Positions 39,162-48,573 of a DNA stretch of 64,000 nucleotides are shown here, piece by piece (within the stretch, counting starts at the first letter, position 1; every line of letters starts with the position of its first letter). Under the pieces are notes generated by a model, which worked only from the letters and a program-made list of their open reading frames with translations, was not told where the DNA came from and did no database searches. Source of the stretch: Candidatus Multivoradales bacterium (GTDB lineage: Bacteria; Acidobacteriota; Thermoanaerobaculia; Multivoradales; JAHEKO01); NCBI GenBank assembly GCA_965223855.1, contig CBDCXM010000009.1:1184001-1248000 (forward strand), in the 5' to 3' direction. Position numbers and translations under genes: made by a program.

Positions 39162-39355
39162 GGCGACCTCCTGCGGTCACTGTGACTTGCTCACCGCACT
39201 CCGGCGATGAACCGCTCCATAGCCTCACTGTGGACTCTCGACGCCTCCCGCCAGGAGACGGGCCCGGCCGCTTCGGATGGGAGGCGGACTGCTAACATCG
39301 CGCCGTCTATCTGTCTTTCTTTTGTTGACGTTCGGGATCCGGGGAAGGGACCTTC

Positions 39356-42300
39356 ATGCTTCGCGTCATCGTGGTTTTCGTCGCCGCCCTCGTGTGGGCT
39401 GCGGCCGCGTCGATCGCCGAGACCGTTCGCACTACCGGTCGGCTGAACCTGCGCCAGGAGCCGTCTACCGACAGCCAGCGGGTCGTGCTGCTCGAGGCCG
39501 GACAGGAACTCGAGGTGCTTGCACGGCGGGGGGTCTGGATTCAGGTTCGCACCGGCAACGCGGACGGCTGGGTGCACGCCGACTACGTCACGTCGGCATC
39601 GGAGGACGAGGAGACGGCCCTGCGCAACGCGTCGCTCGCCGCCGATGTCGCGCGCCTGAGGGTCGAGCAGCTCGAGAAGGAGCTCGCTTCGCTGCGCGCG
39701 GAGGGGGGAAGCGAGGTGGCGGCCGCGCTGCGAACCGAGATCGAGGAGCTGCGGGAGGCGATGGCGGACAAGGATCGCCAGATCGCCGCCCTGGAGGAAG
39801 GGGCGGGGCAGCTCTCGTCGGTGGCCAACGCCGAGCGGCTCGAGCTCCTCGGCCGGGTCGAGGAGCTCACGGCGGAGCGTGACGCGCTGCTGGCTGCGTC
39901 GGACGGTGGAAGTGCTGCCGGGGAGCCGGCGGCGACACCCCGGTCGGACGAGCAGGTGGCGGCCCTGGAGTCCGAGATCGCCGACCTGCGCTCGCGACTC
40001 GACGACCGCGAGCGGCAGGTGGCAACCCTCGAGGCGGCCGGCGCCGACCAGGCTGCCACCGCGTCCGAACTGCAGGCGCTGAGGGAGGCGCTCGATCGGG
40101 AGACCGGGGAGAAGGAACTCGCCGAATCGGAGCGGATCGTGGCGCGCCGGGAGGCGGAGGAGCTCGCCGGCGCGCTGGAAGAGCAGCAAGCCTGGCGCAG
40201 CGACGCGGAAGGCGAGCTGACGCAGCTCGCTGAGGAGAACTCCCGACTGGCCGGTCAGCTCGAGGAGCTCGAGGGTCGTCGGCAGCAGGAGACGTCGGAG
40301 GCGACCCGAGCGGGGGACGAGAGGGTCCGAGAGCTCGAGGCGGCCCTTGCCGAGGCGCGGTCGCTGGCGGCGTCTCAGGAGGGGGCTCGCGGTGAGGTGG
40401 AGTCGGCGCTCGCCGCGGAGAGGGAGCAACGCACCCGCGTCGAACAGCAGTTGGCCGACGCGGAGCGGAGCCTCGCCGAGCGGACGCAGTCGCTCGACGG
40501 CAGCCGGGACGAGAGCGAAGCCCTCGTGTCCCAGCTCGACTCGGCGCGTACCGAGCTGGCTGCGGCCCTCGAGCGCGCCGAGGAGCAGTCCGTCGCCGTT
40601 GCGGCGCTGGAGCAGCGTCTCGCCGCGCAGGCCGAGACGCTGCGCGGGGCGGGAGTCGAGTCGGAGGCCGAACGCAGCCGCTCCGCGGATCTCGAGGCGC
40701 GACTCGCCGCGGCGACGGCTTCGGCGGCGGAGAAGAGCGCACGGGTCGAGGAGCTGGAAAGCGCCCTCGCCGAAGCCGAAGCCGCCGCGGAAGCCTTGAA
40801 TCGCACGGTGTCCGACCTGCGCGGCGAACTCGGCGGGCGACGCCAGCTCGACGAACAGGCGGAGGGTCGTGCATCGGAGCTTGCGGCGAACCTCGAGCAG
40901 GCGACGACCGAACTGGCCGCGGCGAACGCCCGCGAGCAGGCTCTGTCGGAGCGTTTCGAGGCGCTCAGAGAGCTCGAGGCCCGGTTGAGGACCGACCTGG
41001 CCACTGCGCGGGCCGATCTCGAAGCCGGCCTCGAGCGTCAGGGGCAATTGCAGGACCGGTTGGGGACGGGAGACCGCAGACTGGAAGAGGCGGCTGCGAC
41101 GGCGCAGCAGCATCTCGAGACGATCGCCGAGCTGGAGACGGCCAACGCCGGGCTCGAGGCGCGCCTGGAGGCGGCGCTGCGACAGCAGTCGATCGGCGTC
41201 GGCGAAGCGCGCCTTCAGGCGGCGAGCGCGACGGAGCTGGAGCGAGAGCTCGAGCAGCTGCGGCAGCAGCTCGGTGCCGCCGTCGCTCGATCGGAAGCGC
41301 TCGAAGCCGAGCTCGACCGGGCCCGCGAACTCGGCACGAGCGCCCGCACGAGACTGGGCGAGCTGGCGCAGGGTGTCGCGCGGATGAGCGATCTCGAGGT
41401 CGAGCTGGAAGCGGCGCGAGCGAGTCTCGCCCGCGAGCGGCAGGCTCGCCTGGCGGCCGAGGAGCTCTCTCGCGACCTGGGCGCCGAGCGTTCGTCGGTG
41501 GAGTCGCGCGAGCTCGCCGAGCGGGCGGAGAGGATCGAGGGCCTCGGCAGGGAGGTGGCAGAGGTCCGGGCCGACCAGCAACGCGCCGCGGAAGAGCTGA
41601 CGCGAGTGACGGCCGAAGTCGTCGCCGCACGGGCGGCACTGGCAGCGGCCCTGGATCGGAGCTCCGGTCTGGCCGGCGTCGCCGACGACCTGCAGGAGCG
41701 CGAGATCGAGCTGGCCGACCTGCGAGAGCGGCTGTCGTCGGCCGAGAGGGGCAGAGAGGAGTTGTCCCGTGAGCTCGAGGCACGCACGACCGAGGTCGCG
41801 GCAGCCCGGACGAGTGCCGAGCAGCTCTCCAGCGAGCTCGAGAGCCTGCAGATCTCCTCACGCGACGAGGCGCAGCGCATGAGCGCCGAGAAGACGGAGG
41901 TGGAGACACGTTTGGCGAGCCTCCGCGACCAGCTGTCGGAGACCTCCGGCAGCGCGGCGGCCGCTCGCGAGGCGCTCGAAGCCGAGCTCGCGACCGCACG
42001 GCGCAGTCTCGAGTTCGCCCAGGCCGAACTGGCCGACGAACGCGCGGCACGCGCCGGCGTCGAGGAGGAGCTGGCGGAGGTGCGAGACAGCGGGGCTCAG
42101 CGGGTCGCGGCGGTCGAGCAGCAGCAGACCGGCCTCGAAGCGAGCCTCCGACAGGCGGAGGCACTCACTTCTGAACTCCGGGAGCGGCTCGATGCGAGGA
42201 CGGCACAAGCGGCGTCCTCCGGAGAGCGCGTCTCCGCCCTCGAGCAGGAGCTGGAGATCGCCGTCGAGGAGCTCGCCGCCGCTCGCCGCGAGCTCGGCGG

Positions 42301-44068
42301 AGTGAAGGGCGAGCTCGAAGCCGAACGGTCGCTTCGACTCGCTGCGGAAGACGAGCTGACGGCCCATGGAGAGGCGGGCGATCGCGAAGCCGAGCGTGTC
42401 GCGGCCCTCGAGGCCGAGCTCGAGACAGCGCGAGAGAGCTTCCGCGAGGTGGAGTCACGCGTCACCGAAGCGCAGGCGACGCTCGACATGGTCTCGGGGG
42501 AGAGGGCGACCCTGGAGGAGCGACTGGCGAGCGTCGAAGGCGAGTTGCAGGCGACGACCGCGGCGCTCGACGCAGCTCGAGAGCGGGTCGAACTCTCGAC
42601 CGGTGAGCTGGAAGCGGAGAGGACCGACCGCCTCGCCGTGGACGAGAAGATGCGATCCCTCGAGCAGGAACTCGCTCTGGAGCGTGAGCGAGGCGGTGCC
42701 CTCGAGAGCGAACGCGACCGACTCAGCGAGCGGCTGGAGGGCGGCAGGGAGGCTGCAGCTACCGCCGAGGAACGGGAAACGACGTTGCGCGAACAGTTGG
42801 AAGAGAGTCGGAGCGAGGTCGCCGAGCTCGAGACGGCTCGCGCGGCGGATGCGACGGCAAGGACCGATCTCGAAGAGCGCCTCGCGCGGGCAGAAGCGGA
42901 TCTGCGATCGGCCGTCGAGCGCGGTGCTGAGGTAGCGGGCGAGCTGGCGGCTCTCCAGGCGGCGACCGCGCCGCTCGAGCAGCAGTTGACGCAGGCGCAA
43001 AGCGAGGCGGCGACCACCGCCGCACTCGAGAAGAGCCTGGAGGACCTCGGAGAGCGGCTGGAAGAGGCCCGGCTCGACGCGGCCACGGCCACCAGCCGCG
43101 CGGCGGAGCTCGAGTCCGAGCTCGCCCGCCGCGACGACGAGCTTCAGAATGCGACGGCCCGCTGGAACGAGAGCGAGACGCGCCGCCGGAGCCTCGAGGA
43201 GAACCTCGAGGAGGGGCTCGCCTCGGCCGAGGCCCTCACGAGTGCGAACGCTCGACTTGTCGAGCTCGAGGCCGAGCGGGAGACCAGCAGCGAGAGGTTG
43301 GCTCAGGTCGAGGCGGAGCTCGAGGCCGGGCGCGCGGCTCTCGAGGTCGAAGCTCGCGACGCCGAAGCGGCTCGGGCACGGGCCGGGCGCCTCGAGACGG
43401 AGTTGGCGGCGCTGCGAGAAGAACTCGAGACCGTGCGGGCCGAGCCACCACTGGTCGCCGAAGGTGACCGCAAGATCGTCGTCGCCCCGCCGCTCGACCC
43501 GCCCGTCGAGCCGCTCGACGAGTCGGTGCCCGAGCGGGAGGCCCGAAGGACGACGCCCGCGGCGCCGCTGCCGGGGGTCGAGAGCTCGATTCCGGAGAGC
43601 TCCGTGCCTGCTGAACAGCCAGCAGCGCAACAGCGAGTTCCTGAACTGCCGGCTCCCGAGCGACGGATGCCTGCGCCGCCGACGCCGGAGGCGGATCGTC
43701 AGAGAACGGCCCGCCCCGACCCGATCGCACTCGCCGACGCCGTGCGGGCGTGGGCGAGCGCCTGGTCGTCGCAGAACGTCGATGCCTATCTCGACATGTA
43801 TGCGGATCGTTTCGTGCCGCCCGACGGGCTGAGCCGATCGGGGTGGGCGGATCAGCGCCGCACCCGAATCACCCGGCCGAGCTTCGTCGAGCTGACGATC
43901 GGGGAGATCGACGTGCAGGTGATCGCGCAGGATCGGGCGATCGTCTCGTTCCAGCAGGACTACCGCTCGAACACCTTCAACGACAGCGTGATCAAGACTC
44001 TCGAGCTCGTCCGGATCGGAGGAGCCTGGAAGATCGCCAGCGAACGGAGTCGGCCGGTTCCGGAGTAG
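39356..44068 (+). CDS. Giant exported protein: SH3b domain, ~1270-aa coiled coil, Pro-rich linker, NTF2-like (Csd6 C-terminal-like) domain
   Basis: Signal peptide; LNLRQEPS…WIQVR…GWVHADYV (SH3_3); E/A/L/R heptads; W.SAWSSQNVDAYLDMY…F.Q.YRS….D…KTL.L…WKI..E. Confidence 0.85.
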   Translation: MLRVIVVFVAALVWAAAASIAETVRTTGRLNLRQEPSTDSQRVVLLEAGQELEVLARRGVWIQVRTGNADGWVHADYVTSASEDEETALRNASLAADVARLRVEQLEKELASLRAEGGSEVAAALRTEIEELREAMADKDRQIAALEEGAGQLSSVANAERLELLGRVEELTAERDALLAASDGGSAAGEPAATPRSDEQVAALESEIADLRSRLDDRERQVATLEAAGADQAATASELQALREALDRETGEKELAESERIVARREAEELAGALEEQQAWRSDAEGELTQLAEENSRLAGQLEELEGRRQQETSEATRAGDERVRELEAALAEARSLAASQEGARGEVESALAAEREQRTRVEQQLADAERSLAERTQSLDGSRDESEALVSQLDSARTELAAALERAEEQSVAVAALEQRLAAQAETLRGAGVESEAERSRSADLEARLAAATASAAEKSARVEELESALAEAEAAAEALNRTVSDLRGELGGRRQLDEQAEGRASELAANLEQATTELAAANAREQALSERFEALRELEARLRTDLATARADLEAGLERQGQLQDRLGTGDRRLEEAAATAQQHLETIAELETANAGLEARLEAALRQQSIGVGEARLQAASATELERELEQLRQQLGAAVARSEALEAELDRARELGTSARTRLGELAQGVARMSDLEVELEAARASLARERQARLAAEELSRDLGAERSSVESRELAERAERIEGLGREVAEVRADQQRAAEELTRVTAEVVAARAALAAALDRSSGLAGVADDLQEREIELADLRERLSSAERGREELSRELEARTTEVAAARTSAEQLSSELESLQISSRDEAQRMSAEKTEVETRLASLRDQLSETSGSAAAAREALEAELATARRSLEFAQAELADERAARAGVEEELAEVRDSGAQRVAAVEQQQTGLEASLRQAEALTSELRERLDARTAQAASSGERVSALEQELEIAVEELAAARRELGGVKGELEAERSLRLAAEDELTAHGEAGDREAERVAALEAELETARESFREVESRVTEAQATLDMVSGERATLEERLASVEGELQATTAALDAARERVELSTGELEAERTDRLAVDEKMRSLEQELALERERGGALESERDRLSERLEGGREAAATAEERETTLREQLEESRSEVAELETARAADATARTDLEERLARAEADLRSAVERGAEVAGELAALQAATAPLEQQLTQAQSEAATTAALEKSLEDLGERLEEARLDAATATSRAAELESELARRDDELQNATARWNESETRRRSLEENLEEGLASAEALTSANARLVELEAERETSSERLAQVEAELEAGRAALEVEARDAEAARARAGRLETELAALREELETVRAEPPLVAEGDRKIVVAPPLDPPVEPLDESVPEREARRTTPAAPLPGVESSIPESSVPAEQPAAQQRVPELPAPERRMPAPPTPEADRQRTARPDPIALADAVRAWASAWSSQNVDAYLDMYADRFVPPDGLSRSGWADQRRTRITRPSFVELTIGEIDVQVIAQDRAIVSFQQDYRSNTFNDSVIKTLELVRIGGAWKIASERSRPVPE

Positions 44069-44101
44069 CTGCCGCCGTGAGGTGCCGACGCCCGGCAGCC
44101 G

Positions 44102-45379
44102 TCAGTCGTAGCGCACCCAGCGCCACAGCTCCTGGAGTGTCGGCTTCTTGCCGTACATCAGGATGCCGGTGCGGTAGATCCGGCCGGCGACGGCCACCAT
44201 CAGCCAGGCGAAGCCGATGGCGAGCAGGTAGCCGAGCCCGACCTGCCACATCGGCGGCGTCTTGACCGCGATTCTCAGCAGCATGATCGTCGGTGTGAAC
44301 GGCGGGAAGAGCGACGTGACGACCGAAAGCGTCGAGTCGGGGTCGTTGATGACGAGGAAGAAGAACAGCATCGGCGCGACCAGCAGGAACACCGCGAAGC
44401 CGGCGAACTGCTGCGCCTCCTGCACGTTGTTGAACGCCGCGCCGATCGCCGCGTAGAGGGCGGCGTAGACGAAGAAGCCGATCATGAAGAGCGCGATGAA
44501 GTGGACGATCACCGCCGGCTCGAGCTGCGGGATGTCGACCTGGGTCGACAGGATGCCGAGCGAGGTGGCGACCGCCGGTGCTGTGAGCACACCGACGCTC
44601 ACCAGCCATAGGACGAGCTGCGTCAGGGCGATCCCGCAGATCCCGGCGAGCTTGCCCATCATCAGTTCGCGCGGTCTGGCGGTCGAGGCGATCACCTCGA
44701 CGATGCGCGAGGTCTTCTCCTCGAGCACGCCGTTCATCACCTGTTGGCCGTAGATCATCAGCATCAGGTAGAGCAGGAAAAAGAGGATGTAGGCGAGAAA
44801 GAAGCCGGCCTCGGCCCGCTCCTCGCTGCTCCCTTCCTCGGTCACCCTCACCGTGCGCAGGTCGATCGTGTCGAGGAGTCCCTCGACGTCGGCCTCCTCG
44901 AGGTCGAGCCGCGCCAGGCGCTCGCGGCGCACGACGTCGGTGAGGCGTCGCTCGATGACCGATTGGGTGAGGAAGCTGGAGACCGACTCGCTGTGGTACT
45001 CGACCTCGCCAGCTTCGAGATCGGCGTCCCGAAGCCAGATCCAGGCATCGATCTCGCCCTCGAGGATCCTGCGATCGAGCTCCTGCCGCTGGGTCTCGCG
45101 CTCCGAAGCAGGCGGCTCGAGCAGGATTTCGAACGAGTTGCGGATGTCCGAACGCTGCTCGCCCGTGAGGGCCTCCTCGACGGCTTCGCCCAGCCTCCCG
45201 GTCTCGTCCACGACCGCCAGCGTTCGGTTCGAGCTGGAGCGCGCGGCCAGCAGCGACGGCACCACCGTCAGCGCGAGAATCAGCACCGGGAGGGCGATGG
45301 TCGAGATCCAGAACCCCTTGCTCCGCATCCGCTCGAGGTACTCACGGCGGGCGATGACGAACGCCTTGCTACCGAGCAT
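44102..45379 (-). CDS. ABC-2 type transporter permease (NatB/YhaP-like)
   Basis: ARREY, one N-terminal TM plus a large loop, EEKTSRIVEV, MGK..G, C-terminal TMs, YRTGILMYG. Confidence 0.9.
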   Translation of the reverse strand: MLGSKAFVIARREYLERMRSKGFWISTIALPVLILALTVVPSLLAARSSSNRTLAVVDETGRLGEAVEEALTGEQRSDIRNSFEILLEPPASERETQRQELDRRILEGEIDAWIWLRDADLEAGEVEYHSESVSSFLTQSVIERRLTDVVRRERLARLDLEEADVEGLLDTIDLRTVRVTEEGSSEERAEAGFFLAYILFFLLYLMLMIYGQQVMNGVLEEKTSRIVEVIASTARPRELMMGKLAGICGIALTQLVLWLVSVGVLTAPAVATSLGILSTQVDIPQLEPAVIVHFIALFMIGFFVYAALYAAIGAAFNNVQEAQQFAGFAVFLLVAPMLFFFLVINDPDSTLSVVTSLFPPFTPTIMLLRIAVKTPPMWQVGLGYLLAIGFAWLMVAVAGRIYRTGILMYGKKPTLQELWRWVRYD

Positions 45380-46274
45380 CCTGCACCGCCTTGATGAAGA
45401 TGCTCTCGAGGTCCGGCTCCTCCGAGGCGAACTCGTGGACCGCGCCGTGCCGAACGATCCGGGCGAGCACGTCCGCCCCCTCGACACCGTCGTCCAGCAG
45501 CAGTCGGGTGACCCCGCGTTCGTCGTTGGCGCTCGCGATCCCCTCGAGACCGGCGAGGGTCTCGGTCGCCACCTCGGTCGCGACCCGGTAGCTGTTGCCG
45601 CGGAGCTCCCGCTTGATCCCGGCGAGATCGCCGCCCAAGATCGCCCGGCCGTTCGAGATCAGGCAGATGTGGTCGCACAGCTTCTCCGCCTGCTCCATGA
45701 TGTGGGTCGAGAAGAGGATCGTCCTCCCCTTCGACCGGTACTCCTCCAGCAGCTCCTTGAAGAGACCCTGATTGATCGGGTCGAGACCCGAGAACGGCTC
45801 GTCGAGGACGAGGATCTCCGGCTCGTGGAGGATGGTGCCGATCAGCTGGATCTTCTGCTGCATCCCCTTGGAGAGCTCCTCGACCTTGGAGCGCGCCCGG
45901 TCGGCGAGCCCGACGCGATCGAGCCAGTCCTCGAGGCGCGGCCCCGCCTCGGCTCGCGACAGGCCGTGCAGCTCGGCGAGGAAGAGGAGTTGATCCTGCA
46001 CCCGCATCTTCTGGTAGAGCCCGCGCTCCTCCGGCAGATAGCCGATCCGGTCGAGATCCTCCCTCCGGCGAGATCGTCCGAAGAGGCGGATCTCCCCCCG
46101 ATCGGGGGCGAGAATGTCCATCAGCATCCGGATGGTCGTTGATTTGCCGGCGCCGTTCGGGCCGAGGAGGCCGAAGATGGAACCGGTCGGGATGTCGAGC
46201 GACAGCGAATCGACGGCGACGAAGTCGCCGTAGTTCTTGCCGATCGAGTCGAGCTGAATGTGATGTCGGGTCAT
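45369..46274 (-). CDS. ABC transporter ATP-binding subunit (NatA/YhaQ-like)
   Basis: GPNGAGKST, LSKGMQQK, LDEPFSGLDP, STH. Confidence 0.95.
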   Translation of the reverse strand: MTRHHIQLDSIGKNYGDFVAVDSLSLDIPTGSIFGLLGPNGAGKSTTIRMLMDILAPDRGEIRLFGRSRRREDLDRIGYLPEERGLYQKMRVQDQLLFLAELHGLSRAEAGPRLEDWLDRVGLADRARSKVEELSKGMQQKIQLIGTILHEPEILVLDEPFSGLDPINQGLFKELLEEYRSKGRTILFSTHIMEQAEKLCDHICLISNGRAILGGDLAGIKRELRGNSYRVATEVATETLAGLEGIASANDERGVTRLLLDDGVEGADVLARIVRHGAVHEFASEEPDLESIFIKAVQDAR

Positions 46275-46413
46275 GAAGGAAGCCTTCGCGGCGGCGGCCG
46301 GACGACTCTAATACGCAGCCGCGGCGCAACTGTTCCAGCCGCTGCGGTGGCGGAATGAGGGGCCCGATCCCGATGTTAGGGTAGGCGGCTGCCGAGAGGG
46401 CCGCGGACCCCGC

Positions 46414-48537
46414 ATGACGACGTCACGAGCTTCCATCGCCCTTCTCGCTGTGCTGTGCGTCACCAGACTCGGTGCCGAAGCGCTCCGGGCGGATCCGGTC
46501 CAGGGTCGACTGACCGCCGCCGGCGGAGAGCCGGTCGAAGGGGCGCTCCTGGAGCTGGAGGGCGAGATGGTCGGCTACACCGACCTCGACGGCCGCTTCA
46601 CGGTCGATGTCGGGCTCGAGGCGGTGCTCGAGGTCAGCCATCCGCTCTTCGAGACGGCGACGATCGAGGTCACCTCGACCCGGCTCCCGACGATCGTCCT
46701 GGAACCACGTAGGGTACGGCAGGAGATCGCCGTCACGGCAAGTGGCGGCGACCGGTCGTACGCTCCGACGAGCGTCGCCAGCACGGTGGTCAACGCGAGT
46801 GAGCTCGCCGCCCCGCCGGCGACCCTCACCGAGCTGGTCGCCAGCTCCGCCGGTGTGTCGGAGAACGGCCAGGGGGGAATCTTCCAGACCTACTCGATTC
46901 GCGGCATCGCGCGGCTGCGCGTCCTCACGCTGTTGTCGGGGATGAGGGTGATCGGCGAACGTCGTGCCGGCGTGTCCGCCTCGTTCCTCGACCCCGGCCT
47001 GATGGGCGACGTCGACGTTCTGCGAGGGCCGTCCTCGACCTACTACGGTTCGGGCGCGCTCGGCGGGGTGATCCAGATGTTCCCGCGTGAGTTCGACTCG
47101 GCCTACGGCGAGCTGAGCTTCGAATCGAACGGCGACGGCAGCCGGGGACTCTTCGGCTGGGGAGACGGCCGGACCAACTTCGGGATCGCCCATCGGCGGT
47201 CCGAGCAGGGCGAGACCCCGGCCGGCGAAGCGCTCAACGACGGCTTCGACCAGACCTCGGCGACCTTCCAGCATCGCTGGGAGCGAGGGGAGCGACGCTA
47301 CTCGCTGCTCGCTATCGGTTCGCGCGGCACCGACATCGGCAAGTCGAACAGCGACTTCCCCGAGCGCGTCACCGACTACCCGGAGGAGAACCATCTGCTG
47401 GTGCGTTTCGAGGCGCGGGGTGCCCCCGGTTGGCGCGTCGAGGCGTGGGCGCACCCGAACGATCTGATCACCGAGGTGCGCCGCGACGGTGAGCTGACGA
47501 CGACCGCCAACGAGGCGCTCGATCTCGGCTTCAACTTCCAGCAGCGCCGCAAGTGGGGGAGTGACGGTGCGGTGCGCTTCGGCTTCGACTACTTCGGTCG
47601 TGTCGACGTTACCGCCGACGAGACGATCGAACCGCTCGCCGACCCGTCGGGCGGCGTCTTCTCCCAGCGTCCGCTCGACGCCAGCGAGAGCGAACTGGGC
47701 CTCTACGGTGCCTACGAGCGCCACGTCGGGAATGTCTTCCTGCTGCTCGGCGGGCGCCTCGCCGCCGTTCGGCAAAGCGCGGCCGATGCCCGGCGCGAGG
47801 ACGACTCCGCGCTCAGCGGTTTCGCCGGCGTCGTCGTGCCCCTGGGCTCGGGCTTCGAGATGACCGCCAATCTCGGCAGCGGGATGCGATTCCCTTCCCT
47901 GTCGGAGCGCTATTTCAACGGCGTCACGCCTCGCGGCTCCGTGATCGGCAACCCGGAGCTCGAGCCCGAGCGCTCGCGCACGATCGACGCCGGCCTTCGC
48001 TATTCCGCCTCGCGCTTCTTCGCCTCTCTCGCGGTGTTCTCGAACTCGATCGACGACTACATCGAGCGGGTGGAAGTCGCCGCCGACGAGCTGACCTTCG
48101 TCAACCTGACTTCCGGCACCGTGGAGGGGATCGAGTTCGAGGCGGTCTACGCGCCGCGTACGGCGTTCCAGTTCGTCTTCGGCGGTCACGCCATCGAGGG
48201 GCGGGCCGACGACGACCAGGCGCTGGCCGACGTGCCGCCCGACAGCGTCTTCGCCGACGCCCGAGGCCGTCACGAGCGGTGGCGGTGGAACCTCCGGTGG
48301 GAGCATCGCTTCGCCAAGGACGATCCGGGCAGCGGAGAACTCGAGATCGACGCAACCGATCTGCTCGATGCTTCGCTCGGCTACGACCTTCCCAGAGGCC
48401 TCACCCTCACCCTGGCGGCGCGCAACCTGCTCGACGAGACCTACTTCGCCTCCGCGGACGACAAGGCGTCGATCGCACGCGCCCGCTCGGTCACGCTGAC
48501 CCTGGGCTGGACCGCGGACGCCTCGCTCGGCGGTTGA
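46414..48537 (+). CDS. TonB-dependent receptor with N-terminal carboxypeptidase-like domain
   Basis: EIAVTAS, VLRGPSSTYYGSGALGGVI, GNPELEPE, RNLLDETY. Confidence 0.9.
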   Translation: MTTSRASIALLAVLCVTRLGAEALRADPVQGRLTAAGGEPVEGALLELEGEMVGYTDLDGRFTVDVGLEAVLEVSHPLFETATIEVTSTRLPTIVLEPRRVRQEIAVTASGGDRSYAPTSVASTVVNASELAAPPATLTELVASSAGVSENGQGGIFQTYSIRGIARLRVLTLLSGMRVIGERRAGVSASFLDPGLMGDVDVLRGPSSTYYGSGALGGVIQMFPREFDSAYGELSFESNGDGSRGLFGWGDGRTNFGIAHRRSEQGETPAGEALNDGFDQTSATFQHRWERGERRYSLLAIGSRGTDIGKSNSDFPERVTDYPEENHLLVRFEARGAPGWRVEAWAHPNDLITEVRRDGELTTTANEALDLGFNFQQRRKWGSDGAVRFGFDYFGRVDVTADETIEPLADPSGGVFSQRPLDASESELGLYGAYERHVGNVFLLLGGRLAAVRQSAADARREDDSALSGFAGVVVPLGSGFEMTANLGSGMRFPSLSERYFNGVTPRGSVIGNPELEPERSRTIDAGLRYSASRFFASLAVFSNSIDDYIERVEVAADELTFVNLTSGTVEGIEFEAVYAPRTAFQFVFGGHAIEGRADDDQALADVPPDSVFADARGRHERWRWNLRWEHRFAKDDPGSGELEIDATDLLDASLGYDLPRGLTLTLAARNLLDETYFASADDKASIARARSVTLTLGWTADASLGG

Positions 48538-48573
48538 CGAGACCGCAACGGCATCGCCGCCCGTAGCTCCCGT

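Noticed and set aside
39356-44068. SMC protein or phage tape-measure protein
   Set aside because: No Walker A/B motifs or hinge; it has a signal peptide and SH3b domain; no phage genes nearby.
44068-44100. Intrinsic terminators between convergent genes (also 49976-49992)
   Set aside because: Short GC stems exist but lack U-tracts and are not distinguishable from chance in this GC content.
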